DNA of 64,000 nucleotides from Williopsis jadinii (lineage: Eukaryota): the NCBI GenBank assembly GCA_024346625.1, contig AP024666.1:682001-746000 (forward strand), read 5' to 3'. A program made the position numbers and the translations under genes. The notes under the pieces are model-generated. The model was not told the DNA's origin and did no database searches. It saw nothing but the letters and a program-made list of their open reading frames with translations. The stretch's first letter is position 1. Each line of letters begins with the position of its first letter. Positions 19,155 through 30,884 of the stretch are shown here, one piece after another.

Positions 19155-21908
19155 TCAAGCTCTATGGGCAGAGCTTATGTACATGTCATCACAACGGATT
19201 TTTGGACTACCAAAGCTTCGCTTAAAGCAGTTCTTCACCAGCCTGGAGAATTCACCACCAACTTCCCAGTAGTTCTCCTCGAATAATTTCGAAATCATCA
19301 GTAAAAGACCAGTCATATGATGCTTGTTCTGAATTCGTGTCAACTTTGTAGCTATTTCAATCATAGTATTGTGATACTTTAGTGTCTCCCTCGGTGTGGA
19401 AAGGTGCACCTTGGCACCAACAAGTTGACTCATATCATTCCGAATTCTTCTCAGATACTCAATGCCGGTCTCTTTACACACGAGGTTAGTTGCCGATGGA
19501 TTATACAAGAGGATTTTACTCTCGGGACCTTCCACTGAATAGTTATAGGCCCAGATTAGAATCACGACAAGTGCCAACACGTTGAGTCGTTCATGAATTG
19601 CATCGTCATCACTGTGAAACTTGTACTCATATGGCGTAGAACAGTCCTGTGGAGATAAAAACACTTCAAAGAGAAACATATAGGCGTAGACAACAGAAAC
19701 ACGTCCACTGTGAGATGATGACCATTCCTTGATCTTCTTCTCCACAAGCTCATAATCTGATGCCTCTGCTTCAACGTTCATTCTCCAGGGTGCTCCAGAG
19801 TAAATATAATAATCATAGTGCTGAATCCGCAACGTTATCTGCGCCATGTGATATACTGGAAATTTACACCTTGTATCATCTTGACGTAATGACAGCGGTA
19901 ATTGAGATTGGTCTGGGTCCTTCCAATAAATACATGAAGAGGAACAACATCCGTTCATAATCTCACAATTCCAATAATCGAATGCAAATGATAATGACTC
20001 TTGCCATGTATCCCTGATATCCTCCATCTCCAGGAGTGTTCCTTGGATGGCACGTTGCTGCATCTGGAACATTATGGAGAGTAATCCTGAAAGTAACAAC
20101 TTCTTACCGAAACGACTAGTTTGGACGTATTCTCTGTTGATAAGTTTCTTCAGAGCAGATGTGAATGGTAACTGCTCGCTCTTGGAAGGTATCTCTTTTG
20201 GTGTTAGGTACGATTCCCAGAGTTCTTCGTCACAAGGTAATCTCATTTGGATCTGATGCGTTGAGAGCATCAATTGATAACCGAAAACCATTGAATGGGA
20301 CGAGTCAATATAAAAAGCATAGAGCGCAGTTCTCTTCAATTGTTCATATTCGATCCATTTCTCCCAAATGGTCAAGCCTTGATTCTTTTCATATTCTGTC
20401 TTGTTATTCAATGGATTGCCTCCAAATCCAGGAGATCTCCTTAGCAATTGGATCGTAGTTCCATGATGTACAAAGGCTCTCTCATGGAGAACTCTGTTTG
20501 TGGTGAACCTTTCATAATGTTCGAGCATCAGTAAGCTCTGAATTATCCAAACCGGTGCAGGAGGTTGAAATTCGTGACTAGAAAAGATAATGTTTCTCAA
20601 TGGTGTTGCAATCAAATCCCCAAAGGTCCTTGGGTTGGTGATTAGTCTTCTTGACGGATGTGATGTATAGTAGCTTGCTCCAATCATGATCATGCTGAGA
20701 AGCAAGATTGTTGGACAAGTATGGGTATTGAAGGATGGTTTGTGCAATATTGGGAACTGTGTATGAAAACAAGCCCAATACGACTCCAAGAATTCATGTA
20801 TCTGAGATAAATGCTCATGACCAGCGAGTTCTGGTATCATTTGCACAATTTTTTTGGTGATATCCTTGGTAATATCTGTCTGTTGAGTAGGAGATGGGAA
20901 GTTTGGTGGCATTACAAGGATGTCATTCATGAGATCAGATGACAACCCAAATGGATCATCCTCCGGGTTGAAAAAGTTACCGTGCGACATGTGTGGAACT
21001 GAATCTGCCAAATTTGTATCAGCAACGGTGTGTTCATCGAAGAACCAGTTGATCAGTCTGGCAGGACTAGGTGCCGATTGTGGTACCAAGGGTTGGTGAT
21101 TGTGTCTCGGAAGCAACTGTGGATGATTTATGAAGGAGTCCGGGGCCGTCTTTGATAGATCGTGCTGTAGTGCATTTGCCTCATCCCTTGCTGCACTCAC
21201 ATGAGCCGTGTTATGATCATACCTGTGCAAACTTATTGGGCTTTGATCATCCATATTTGGCAGGATGATGGAATCAAGAGAGTTGATCAGAGGTTTCTTG
21301 TTCGCACCAAGTCCATTATCCGTTGTGGCTGTATTTGTATTATGACCGTTCACATGGGGAACCGATATCGGTACATGTCCTTGAATAGATGTGATCGATG
21401 GATCTGGTGTCATTGGTTGTGATGAAACAGGCCGTTCTACAACTTTCTTAACTCTGCGTCTCTTCGTACCGTTTAGCGCTGCAGATACCGCTTTCGCCTC
21501 ATCCTTCATCTTTCTCAGCTCATGTCTTTTGACATGCCGTTCACGTAGATCACTTCTCACAAAGGATTTCGAACAGTTGTCCCATGGACACTTGTAAATG
21601 ACCGTTGGGTTGTGGTTTAGCTTATGCCGTGATAGATGTTCCGCTCTGGTAAAGGCTTTGTCGCATCCTTCGTGGTCGCATTTGAACACACCGGTTGGCC
21701 GTTTCTTCCTCTTCTTGCCTCCACTGGAGCCTCCCGCCCTGGTATCAGAGTCGTTGCTGGATAGCTCTGCCGCCAGTGTCTCCGTCGTAGATTGCATGGA
21801 TACCTCCTTCGTCATTTCTGCAGAGCCTGTGTTGATAGGTGTACTGTCTGTAGCACTAGCACTGGTATCCGTGGCAGAAGCCTCCATCTCTTGCTTCACT
21901 TCCGCCAT
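19155..21908 (-). CDS. SDD4: transcription factor with two C2H2 fingers and a fungal-specific TF domain (YPR022C/Sdd4-like)
   Basis: CDHEGCDKAFTRAEHLSRHKLNH, CPWDNCSKSFVRSDLRERH, FHTQFPILHKPSF, LPCDEELW. Adjacent to AGC1 as YPR022C is to YPR021C (recalled). Confidence 0.7.
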   Translation of the reverse strand: MAEVKQEMEASATDTSASATDSTPINTGSAEMTKEVSMQSTTETLAAELSSNDSDTRAGGSSGGKKRKKRPTGVFKCDHEGCDKAFTRAEHLSRHKLNHNPTVIYKCPWDNCSKSFVRSDLRERHVKRHELRKMKDEAKAVSAALNGTKRRRVKKVVERPVSSQPMTPDPSITSIQGHVPISVPHVNGHNTNTATTDNGLGANKKPLINSLDSIILPNMDDQSPISLHRYDHNTAHVSAARDEANALQHDLSKTAPDSFINHPQLLPRHNHQPLVPQSAPSPARLINWFFDEHTVADTNLADSVPHMSHGNFFNPEDDPFGLSSDLMNDILVMPPNFPSPTQQTDITKDITKKIVQMIPELAGHEHLSQIHEFLESYWACFHTQFPILHKPSFNTHTCPTILLLSMIMIGASYYTSHPSRRLITNPRTFGDLIATPLRNIIFSSHEFQPPAPVWIIQSLLMLEHYERFTTNRVLHERAFVHHGTTIQLLRRSPGFGGNPLNNKTEYEKNQGLTIWEKWIEYEQLKRTALYAFYIDSSHSMVFGYQLMLSTHQIQMRLPCDEELWESYLTPKEIPSKSEQLPFTSALKKLINREYVQTSRFGKKLLLSGLLSIMFQMQQRAIQGTLLEMEDIRDTWQESLSFAFDYWNCEIMNGCCSSSCIYWKDPDQSQLPLSLRQDDTRCKFPVYHMAQITLRIQHYDYYIYSGAPWRMNVEAEASDYELVEKKIKEWSSSHSGRVSVVYAYMFLFEVFLSPQDCSTPYEYKFHSDDDAIHERLNVLALVVILIWAYNYSVEGPESKILLYNPSATNLVCKETGIEYLRRIRNDMSQLVGAKVHLSTPRETLKYHNTMIEIATKLTRIQNKHHMTGLLLMISKLFEENYWEVGGEFSRLVKNCFKRSFGSPKIRCDDMYISSAHRA

Positions 21909-23138
21909 ATTTATTCTACGTGTTCTTCCTTGGCCTTCGCTTCGCTTCCTCGTATCGAACCAGCTTCTCGTTTCGCTTTGGCGCTTCCGGGTGGTGCTTG
22001 TTTTTGCAAATGGTGCTATTTTTTTCGGGCTTCTTTAACCGCGCTTCTGATTCCTGCTCAGGCCGCCGTACAGCTTTGCTTCCTTCTCCGCCAAATTTTT
22101 CTTGGGTGTAACCGTATGTACACGCAGTGCCCGACGTTTATTATACAGCAAGCGCAGAGTGGCGCACCGTCGATGAATCTTCTGCCTATGGGCTCAACCT
22201 GTTTGGCTTGGCTCAGGATTGGGAGAGATTTGTAATGTATCGGATTGGTTGGGATGGCATGGGATGGCATGGAACCTCTCCAGTGGCCGTCCGGTGGCCG
22301 ATAGCTTTTTAAATGTCCACTGTGTGGTTCGGGCCTCAGTATGGGGTTTCAGCCACGCCTCGATGACGTCTACGATGAGAGAGTGCTATTCCCAAAGGAG
22401 TTGGCGTCAAGGATGAAGAGCCCATGCTATTTCAATTTCTTTGTAGAATGGGAATACTCTACAACTATGCCTAAGACATCAGCATGCTTGAGAGTGCTTG
22501 AAGTCGTCTCATATGCACGGTGTGTTGTTATCCTTTTTCCACTACAGAGTAGATGGTGTGCACTCTCTGACCATCGCATAGGCACACGGGGTCCTCCACA
22601 TTGACACGATTCATGTGGTCGTGTGTGGTTTTTCTCTCATACCAAGGAATTATCTCCAGGTTCGTTGTGTATAATCACACTGTTCGCGTGATGAACTGGT
22701 GGTGAGACATTTATGGCATCACGTCAAGAGTGGTGATACTGACCACTTGCAGAACAGCCTTAGCCGTCTTCCCGCACATAATTAGACATCACTTGTGTGG
22801 AGGGGGAGGGTATTGGCGTTTCCCTTATTGTACACAATGCACAATTACTCGTTTAAACCTACTACATCTAATGAGTTACCATGTCCGTAACCGTGAAGAT
22901 CCTCGAGTCGAAAACCAAATTACGTACTATATTAGAAAGTTGAAATGTACCACGCAGGCCCTATAAAATTGATCCGAGCCTGCTGTATAATGCAAAAGAA
23001 TAAAACCCAAAAACCAAAAAACAACAGTACACAACGACAACACATACGACTGAAACCACACGATACTGTGGAGGTGAAGAAGAGGAATAAGAGGGGGTAC
23101 TTTAAAAAAAGCAAAGCAATATCATCATCATGTCAATT

Positions 23139-23987
23139 TTACACGAGCAAGACTGCATTCACACACCCGTCCCTGTCAGGTTCGTTCGTGATTTGGGCAT
23201 ATTTACCCCAAACAACTTTACCACCTGCAGTGACCATACCCAGCTCACTTACGTTCACTTCAATGATAGTACCCTTTGTAAGAACACCGAGTTGGGTGTA
23301 CATTGGACTCTGCGGGTTCTTCTTAACACTGAGAATAGGTAAGAACACAGTAACACCCAGTTCTGGATGTGTAACGTTTGCCTTCTTTTGTCTAAGAGCC
23401 GATGGTCTGATGATTCTTTCCATCTTAACAGGTCTTCTGGTGAAACCTTCACCGACAAACGTGTGCTTTGTAATCATTCTCTTCCATGCCTTAGACTTAG
23501 ACTTACCGGTCTTGACAACTTTGAACATTTCCTCCTCACTGATACCACGCACCTTTGGCAAAGGAACAGAGAATTTATCAGCTTTCTCCATTCTCTTTTG
23601 CTTGATGGAAGAGGAGATGGCCTTGGCAGTGTTGGTCTGTTGACGATCAAGCAAATACGTTGGCAGCGCCTCTCCATCGTCCTCAACAGGTTTAGATGGT
23701 CCCTTGACTTTAGACTCCTCATGGGCTTTGATCTTCTTCTTCATGGCAACCTTCTCAGCATAACGCTTCTTAGCAAACTGCTTACCCTTCCAACCTTTCA
23801 GTGTCTGAGCATCTTTGGCAATCTTATGTCCCTCTCTGGCAATTCTCTTTCTCTTTCTCTCTTCGTAATCCAAACGACGACCATGTTGTTTGATATGTTG
23901 TTCGATGTATTCGTTTTGAGGCTAGGATAAGAATATTAGTTTCAACAGTTCTTCGAGCATATACTATAGGATTGATTGGCTTACCAT
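23139..23987 (-). CDS. NSA2: 60S ribosome biogenesis factor Nsa2; exon 1 is the ATG only (23987-23985), exon 2 23921-23139
   Basis: Spliced [28 protein letters not shown]-terminus [16 protein letters not shown]. Confidence 0.95.
23922..23984 (-). other. spliceosomal intron of NSA2
   Basis: GTAAGC directly after ATG, branch-like AACTAAT, TAG acceptor. Confidence 0.85.
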
Positions 23988-24066
23988 ATTGTTAACTGTA
24001 CGTAAGTCGTTGTTGTCCCACTATAAAAGGAGACTTTATCTGCCAAAAGAAGAGACTTTGTAGGGA

Positions 24067-24361
24067 GAAAAAATTTTTAGAAGTGATGCCCTGCTGTGTC
24101 TACCGATTCGTTCAAGGGTAGGGTAATCATTGCGTTATGGATGGAGTGGTTTACCTTTGAGTATAGCATATGTTTCAATGTGTATTTGAAGTCTTAATAT
24201 GTGTAAGAGTTTCTATTAACACCATCTCTATCATCTTCCCACCGTTTTCAAGACACGAAGTGCGATCTATATAACTGGTTTTTATGGAAGTCAGTGTTAT
24301 TGAGCTCATCGCACACCTTTTCACGCCCCGAGACATCGAAAGAACAGCAAAAAAAATTTCA
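24067..24361. promoter_or_regulatory. divergent RiBi promoter with PAC and RRPE-like motifs
   Basis: CTCATCGC (PAC) at 24305-24312, AAAAATTTCA (RRPE-like) ending 24361, AAAAATTTT near 24070; lies between NSA2 and LCP5. Confidence 0.7.
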
Positions 24362-24419
24362 CGGTGCATATGAGAAGAGACATATATAAATTGTATTGGA
24401 ATGATAGGTATCGCTTAAC

Positions 24420-25457
24420 ATGAGTCAGTCATTAAATAACTTATTGAGATCTATAGTAGCTTCTGCAAATGCTACTAATGATGCTCTGAAAGATCTCAGC
24501 TCAATCTCGAAAGCGCCAGAACTTCCTGACCTTGTTAATGACCTATTGCAACGTACAGGCCAGTCTCTACCTGAAGGTGTATCACTGCTGGATTTGAAGA
24601 ATAATGCCATGCTGTCATACATCAACGACATTGTATTGATAATACTTGCAAGAATTGAAGCGACAAAGACGAACGATGTCAGTAAAATCGATGAGTTGAA
24701 GGATAAGGCTGTGAGAGGATCAATAGTGCAAAGGGTGACCATGGAAAGAGGTATCAAAGGTTTAGAGAAAAAACTGCAATACCAGTTAGATAAGATGGTT
24801 AGAAGTTACAATAAAATGGAACAGGAGTTCACTGAAGATGCCATCAATAAGAAAATCAAAGGCGATAAAGAGGCAATGGATGGAGAGGAAAGTGAGCAAG
24901 ACGAAGATGAGGACAGTGAAGAGGATGAGCTCAACTATAAACCTGATCCGAGTGCTCTTTTGGCTTCCACAAAGGCTGACAAGAAGAATGCCGTTCAACG
25001 TTCTACGACTGCTGAAGGCAAAGCTGAGAAGTACAAACCACCAAAGATCGCAGCAGCTTTGCCACCACAAGAGTTTCGTGAGTCTCATACAAAGAGCTCT
25101 AAGAACTCTAGCAAACTTCAATCTATGGAGGAATATCTCATGGAAACAGGAGAAGCACCTATGGTTGAGGCTTCTATTGGTTCCACGATTGTTGATCATG
25201 GTAGGGGTGGTGTTAAGACTTTGAGAGATCGTCAAAAGGAAGAGGAGATCAAGAGATTCGAGGAGTCGAACTTCACAAGATTATCAACCACCAAGAGTAA
25301 AAAGGATAAACAAATGCAGAAGAGAAGACAAGCTGATACATTCTTCGGTGAAGACTGGGGTATTTTCAACAACAAGAGAGACGATGTGGAAACCTCCACG
25401 AAGAGATCAAAACCAAAGTCGGCCTGGGACAGGGCAAAGAAGAGAAGAACTCATTAG
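24420..25457 (+). CDS. LCP5: U3 snoRNP / SSU processome protein Lcp5 (Sas10/Utp3 family)
   Basis: EGVSLLDLKNNAMLSYI, LEKKLQYQLDKM, YKPPKIAA, FEESNFTRL. Divergent from NSA2 as in S. cerevisiae (recalled). Confidence 0.92.
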   Translation: MSQSLNNLLRSIVASANATNDALKDLSSISKAPELPDLVNDLLQRTGQSLPEGVSLLDLKNNAMLSYINDIVLIILARIEATKTNDVSKIDELKDKAVRGSIVQRVTMERGIKGLEKKLQYQLDKMVRSYNKMEQEFTEDAINKKIKGDKEAMDGEESEQDEDEDSEEDELNYKPDPSALLASTKADKKNAVQRSTTAEGKAEKYKPPKIAAALPPQEFRESHTKSSKNSSKLQSMEEYLMETGEAPMVEASIGSTIVDHGRGGVKTLRDRQKEEEIKRFEESNFTRLSTTKSKKDKQMQKRRQADTFFGEDWGIFNNKRDDVETSTKRSKPKSAWDRAKKRRTH

Positions 25458-25635
25458 AACAGACTATGTATCTATAAAAATAAGTTTATACAAAGGTACA
25501 TGCATATTGTAGTTTGAAGTTGATAGGTACACGACTTTATGCCGATATCTGGCGTTGGATCCAGTAGCCAATATGATTACTTTTCCCTAAGACACTTTCC
25601 ATCTACATTTCAGGAGAGAGAGAGACGGTTCGTAA

Positions 25636-26096
25636 ATGTTGAAATCGATCTTTCCAACAATCACAAGAAGTACTAGAGTGATGTCTACATTCCAACGCAA
25701 ACCTATCAATATTCACTGTCTCGCAGATTTGTGCCTTGTTCCTGTGAGTATTCTCTTACACATTACCAAAGTCCTGCTTAGCGTCTATGATTACTAACAA
25801 ATATCTTACAGATTGGCACTGCAACACCTTCTGTGTCGGATGAGGTTGCTAAGATCGAGCTCGTCATCAAAAACTCTGGATTAAAGCACACTCTGCACTC
25901 CGCTGGTACCACCATCGAAGGTGAGTGGGACGACGTGATGAATCTCATTGGCCAATTGCACCAAACTTTGCACGACCAAGGCATTCTCAGAATCCAAAGT
26001 GATATCAGAGTTGGGACTAGAACTGATAAGGCTCAAACAGCAAAGGACAAAGTCGACATTGTGAACTTGAAGATGAAACAATTTGAACAACAGTAG
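25636..26096 (+). CDS. ECM15: Ecm15 / UPF0045 thiamine-binding-fold protein; exons 25636(or 25681)-25743 and 25812-26096
   Basis: Spliced [20 protein letters not shown]...[16 protein letters not shown]...[10 protein letters not shown]. Confidence 0.9.
25744..25811 (+). other. spliceosomal intron of ECM15
   Basis: GTGAGT, TACTAAC at 25792-25798, CAG ending 25811; phase 0. Confidence 0.9.
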
Positions 26097-26739
26097 AGGG
26101 TGTGCAGCTTTCTCTTGTTCAGTTCCTGTTTTTAGTTTTCTTCATTAGTTGAAATTTCAACAATTGATCCCTCTGTAGATGGCTCAAGGTGCCATTAATA
26201 TTGTATAGACTCACTAGTTACTATCCCTTTATCTCTATTGTTTAACCCATCCAAATCCATAACATCTCATGGTACCTCGAAGAAATTGGTCACGTGGTGT
26301 CTCACATGACCCCCGTTGAACCTTTGGCGTATTGCAACCACAGAAACCGAAAAAATTTCCGCAATTTTTCGTCAATTCCCATTTGAACAACATCAAAACT
26401 CCAGCAACAGGGGCATATACACAATAACGGTCGCCTTCACCAATTGAAACATTTCTGTGTCATCTTTGCGAATTCTCGCTTCACAAGTATACGCTTTTTT
26501 TTAAAATACAATTCTGTTGAGGACAATTGGCTGTACATTATTACAGACTCAGAGACCCTGCTATCGTATTCATTCCCTATCCACATTCCCTTTGAACCTC
26601 ATTCTCTTCCTGTTGTTTGTGTGCTATCTCATTATTTCCTAGACGGGTAACGCATACACCACAACCGACTTGTTTTATACGCATATTTGGAGGCGCAGAG
26701 CCGGCACATTCGAGACAAGAGAGCTGTACTATAGCAGAG

Positions 26740-28242
26740 ATGGATCAATCAGATAAGAACTTTCTCACGCCGTCATCACCTTCACGGTCAACGTCGATGG
26801 CTAGCTTGGGAATGCAATCGCCTAGAAGGAAGAAAGTTGTCTATAGTGATAGATACATCCCCAGCAGAAGTGGTGTTGACTTGCAAGCAGCCTTCAGTCT
26901 AAGCCAAACAGACGACCTGTCTGTTTGTCCCTCAAATAACAATGAGGCCATGGATCTCGATCAACGGAAAGAACAAGAAGCCAATAGAACTTTCTCGACG
27001 GTGCTTAAGAATGAGCTCTTCGGAGACAATATAAACCTGGCTGGAACTTCAAATAAGCCGACGGATCAAATAACACCACCGAGGTCATCGTCAGATAACG
27101 GTTCGACATCCGCATCAGAGAGAACCCCAAGACAGACTACCAACTTCTTCTCGTACCAGTCGCCAAACAGAAGCAGACCAACTTCCACCTCCATTGAAAA
27201 TGATATATATTCTTTGTCGCCTGTACGGGTTGACTCGCAAAGGCTACTCCTCTCACCCACAAAGAAGCCCAGATCTATTGCTAAAGTGCCCTACCGTGTG
27301 CTCGATGCGCCGGAACTTGTTGATGATTTCTATTTGAACCTTCTCGACTGGGGTTCTCAAGACGTCCTAGGTGTAGGACTAGGCTCGTCTGTCTATCTGT
27401 GGAATGCATCATCAGGTTCGGTGGACAAGCTCTGTGACTTGGGAGATAGTGATAAAATCACAAGCTTGTCGTGGATCGGAACGGGTACGCACTTGGCTGT
27501 TGGAACAAACACAGGGTTGGTCCAAATATGGGATGCACAGACGTCTAAGTGTACGAGGACAATGACTGGTCATACTCAACGTGCGTCTTCACTGGCATGG
27601 AATGAGCATATTTTAACATCGGGCTCCAAAGATAAAACGATATTACACAGAGATGTCAGACAGCCGGAACACTATATGAAGAAGCTTACCCATCACAAAC
27701 AAGAAGTGTGCGGGTTGAAGTGGAACGTTGAAGAAAACAAGTTGGCATCTGGTGGCAACGATAACAAGTTGTACGTATGGGATGGTTTGAATGATACTCC
27801 GTTACATAGGTTTGAACACAACGCTGCCATAAAGGCAATTAGTTGGTCACCACATCAGAGGGGTATTTTGGCATCTGGAGGTGGTACTACGGATCGTCGT
27901 ATAAAGATTTGGAACACTCTCAACGGTAACAAGTTGAGTGACATCGACACTGGATCCCAAGTTTGCAATTTGTGCTGGTCAATAAATTCTGTGGAACTAG
28001 TGTCTACTCATGGATATTCCAGAAACCAAGTGATGATTTGGAAGTACCCACAGATGTCACAGGTGGCATCTCTAACGGGACATACTTACCGAGTCCTCTA
28101 CTTATCGCTCAGTCCTGATGGTCAGACCATTGTTACCGGATCTGGTGATGAAACTCTTCGATTCTGGAACGTGTTCGATAAGAATAAGAACGAGTCGGGA
28201 CCTCAATCTGTCTTGCTGGATGCATTCACACAGTTACGTTAA
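26740..28242 (+). CDS. CDH1: APC/C activator Cdh1 (WD40)
   Basis: C-box DRYIPSR, KVPYRVLDAPEL, WD40 repeats, GDETLRFW, C-terminal LR tail. Confidence 0.93.
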   Translation: MDQSDKNFLTPSSPSRSTSMASLGMQSPRRKKVVYSDRYIPSRSGVDLQAAFSLSQTDDLSVCPSNNNEAMDLDQRKEQEANRTFSTVLKNELFGDNINLAGTSNKPTDQITPPRSSSDNGSTSASERTPRQTTNFFSYQSPNRSRPTSTSIENDIYSLSPVRVDSQRLLLSPTKKPRSIAKVPYRVLDAPELVDDFYLNLLDWGSQDVLGVGLGSSVYLWNASSGSVDKLCDLGDSDKITSLSWIGTGTHLAVGTNTGLVQIWDAQTSKCTRTMTGHTQRASSLAWNEHILTSGSKDKTILHRDVRQPEHYMKKLTHHKQEVCGLKWNVEENKLASGGNDNKLYVWDGLNDTPLHRFEHNAAIKAISWSPHQRGILASGGGTTDRRIKIWNTLNGNKLSDIDTGSQVCNLCWSINSVELVSTHGYSRNQVMIWKYPQMSQVASLTGHTYRVLYLSLSPDGQTIVTGSGDETLRFWNVFDKNKNESGPQSVLLDAFTQLR

Positions 28243-28379
28243 GAATAGTGCAACTTTTATGACAATGTTTTATGTTTTTTGACCTCTTGAATCATCATAA
28301 ATCCCCATGTAAAATCCTATGTGAATCATGAATGTTATCATCGTACATTAGACGCTGTTTTCACTACATACTATTACAG

Positions 28380-29168
28380 CTACATCTGTCTCCCCCTTAC
28401 CACATCTGGTTCATAAGCTGGTTGTGGCCGTTGCAGAACGTCATGTTGACTCTGCTTTCTTGATGACGCTGTGTTGTTGGAGTGTCTATCCATCGAGTTG
28501 TTATCTGCGTATTGACGCTGTGGTGTTTTGAACGGGTCATGTTGCGACACCGGTATGCTATTGTTTGTTCTTGTCCTGTTGTTAGTTAATCTCTGCTCAT
28601 ATATTCTCTTGTCCTCTTCTTCTTGTCTCCTTGACTCTTCTTGCTTCTTCATCTCCTTCTTGACGAGCCATGTATGTATCAACGCAGCGTTTCTAGTGGA
28701 GCATGCGTTCATCCAGGCGAACAGGCTCCCCAATATCGGAGGCAGTGATATGAGCAAATCGAAGAGTATATTGGCGTGCATCTTCGCAATCAACTCCACA
28801 GGCAGCTTGTTGAACTTTTGATCCGCAATGTTGATCAGCCTACCGTGTATGGCAAACATGAGCAAAGGCCCAATCACGGGCACCAGGGCCATTAGAGGAG
28901 CTAGTCCCAACCCCAAGTCCATTGGATAACATCCGAAGAAGTTTCGATCGTCCAACCATGCACGTTTCTTCACTTGTTTCCAAGCCTTCTGTTCTTCCGG
29001 AGTACAAGTCTCTGGGGCCTTTCTTCTCTTCTTTTTTCCGTGTATTTCAACATAGTACGGGTCCTTGGTCTGGTAGTTCTCACCAGCTTTGTCGTTGATC
29101 CAGTCCACCGCCATGTCATAGCCCGGAATTCCCTCCAGTTTTTCCGCCCACGCGTTAATGGTATCCAT
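28380..29168 (-). CDS. DUF4112-like membrane protein
   Basis: VKKRAWLDD...GLAPLMALVPVIG...NILFDLLISLPPILG...STRNAAL resembles DUF4112 family from recall. Confidence 0.65.
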   Translation of the reverse strand: MDTINAWAEKLEGIPGYDMAVDWINDKAGENYQTKDPYYVEIHGKKKRRKAPETCTPEEQKAWKQVKKRAWLDDRNFFGCYPMDLGLGLAPLMALVPVIGPLLMFAIHGRLINIADQKFNKLPVELIAKMHANILFDLLISLPPILGSLFAWMNACSTRNAALIHTWLVKKEMKKQEESRRQEEEDKRIYEQRLTNNRTRTNNSIPVSQHDPFKTPQRQYADNNSMDRHSNNTASSRKQSQHDVLQRPQPAYEPDVVRGRQM

Positions 29169-29978
29169 CTCGTCAGCTCTATGATACCGCACTACCGATA
29201 CACTTGAAATGCAGTTTGAATGAATCAGTACGTTTGTATTACAAAATTCGAAAACTTTCCAGGTTTTTTTCCACCTCTCTCTTTCCACCTCTCTCTCTCT
29301 CACTCTCTCTGGCCACCGATGTAGTCATTACACCAATAAGTGTGTGTTAAGATGTAGAACTTAGTGCAGCGATTTGTAAGTCTCGAACTGTTCATATTCC
29401 CGTCATTTCCGTAGCGCTGACCAGTTTTTATACCGCGTTTGTTCGGAGAAGCTGCAACAGTAGCACGTACGTAATACACACGCGCATATTCCCACGTCGA
29501 AAGGGCCGGCTTTAATAGTCTTCCTCCCCCTTTGAGAGGGTTACAGCTCGCTCTTTGTCGGCTTGAGGATCGTCTGCTTGCCTAAACTGAAGTCCAACTG
29601 CATTTATCTATCCGTACAGTCAGCTCACAGAGAGTCACACAGTCGCCAGAGACGAGATCACCAAAGGCAGGAAGGATGCGGTCATTTGGAGCAGTTTGTG
29701 GGTCGATCGAATGAAGATTATATCTTTTAAAGGCGAAGAGCTGCCACGGATTTACCTGGTAGCAAAAGACATGGCCGCCGATATCGTCCGTCTGCTTGTT
29801 CATATGTGCGATTTTACCGACGATGCATATCTTGTACTAGTTTGAATTTAGCCGGTTAACAAAGGCCGCATCTAATAAGTTGAAAGTTATATATTGTAAT
29901 GTTTCAGGAGCGTATCACGGGCTGTGGCCACACAATACCAGAAGTGCACAGCTGGTGTTTGTTGATTAGACTGTGTCT

Positions 29979-30818
29979 CTAGAACTGGTTTAGATCCTCC
30001 AGTATGTCCTCTTCTATTGCTTCTCTCATCTCCTCGACAACTCTTTCCACTTGCACCTGTTTCTGTCTTTCCAGCCCTTCTCTCTTCTTTCTCTCCCTTC
30101 TCTCTTCAAACGTTTCACGGTCTTTCGACTGTTTGTTGGAGCCGGACTGGACCAGTGCTGTAATTGCATCGTGTAACTGTAACAGTTTACGCTCGTTTTC
30201 TCTAAATCTTGTCAGGGAGCCTTGTGTCACAATTTCCAGGTAGTTTTCATCAACAAACAGCACGACTTTATCGGTCGCTTCGTCGAGATAACCAATTGGG
30301 ATGTCTAACTTCATCGAGATCTTTATCGCGACAATGTTGTGTACGTTAATGCCACTCTCTCTGAGGCCACAGTTCATCGCAGTGGTATACAGGGCACTAG
30401 CGGTGTCAAAATCACGGCATTTGACGTGCAAAATCAAAGGTTCGAATTTGAACAAAACATACCTCACTTTTTCGTCAAGGGTACTAGCATCAACATGATT
30501 GTAGTGGAATATCGGCTGTCTGTACCAACCGTTCAATGTGTTCTTGTCGTGGGTAACATATAGCCAACGGCCACCATCACCCTTGGCGCCCACTTTGACA
30601 TGATCCTCCTTCAGCTTGTGTCCTTCTAAGAAAACACTGACTCTACCTGAACACGACGATGTTGTGACCATATCGTCATGACCATTGATCGTGTCCATTA
30701 TTGGAAGGCACAGCTCATCTATGGAGCCCTTTGGCGATGCATCCTTGGCTCCAGAAAGAGTGTGTGCGATATCCTGTAAAATCCAAGCCTTCTTCTGATC
30801 AAACGAATCCTGTGACAT
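29979..30818 (-). CDS. TYW3: tRNA wybutosine-synthesizing methyltransferase Tyw3
   Basis: DASPKGSID, TTSSCSGRVSVF, FKFEPLILHVKCR, GLRESG. Confidence 0.93.
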   Translation of the reverse strand: MSQDSFDQKKAWILQDIAHTLSGAKDASPKGSIDELCLPIMDTINGHDDMVTTSSCSGRVSVFLEGHKLKEDHVKVGAKGDGGRWLYVTHDKNTLNGWYRQPIFHYNHVDASTLDEKVRYVLFKFEPLILHVKCRDFDTASALYTTAMNCGLRESGINVHNIVAIKISMKLDIPIGYLDEATDKVVLFVDENYLEIVTQGSLTRFRENERKLLQLHDAITALVQSGSNKQSKDRETFEERRERKKREGLERQKQVQVERVVEEMREAIEEDILEDLNQF

Positions 30819-30884
30819 CTCACAACAACCTTCTCAACCTGAGCAAGAGTCTTTATTTCTTACTAAAGAATGAACAAAAAAAAG

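Noticed and set aside
22945..23930. 232-aa and 187-aa + strand ORFs
   Set aside because: Antisense shadows of NSA2.
26289..26370. CDEI-like GTCACGTG/TCACATG and CCGAA between ECM15 and CDH1, both centromere-linked in S. cerevisiae
   Set aside because: No long, very AT-rich CDEII and no full CDEIII; more simply bHLH (Cbf1-type) promoter sites.
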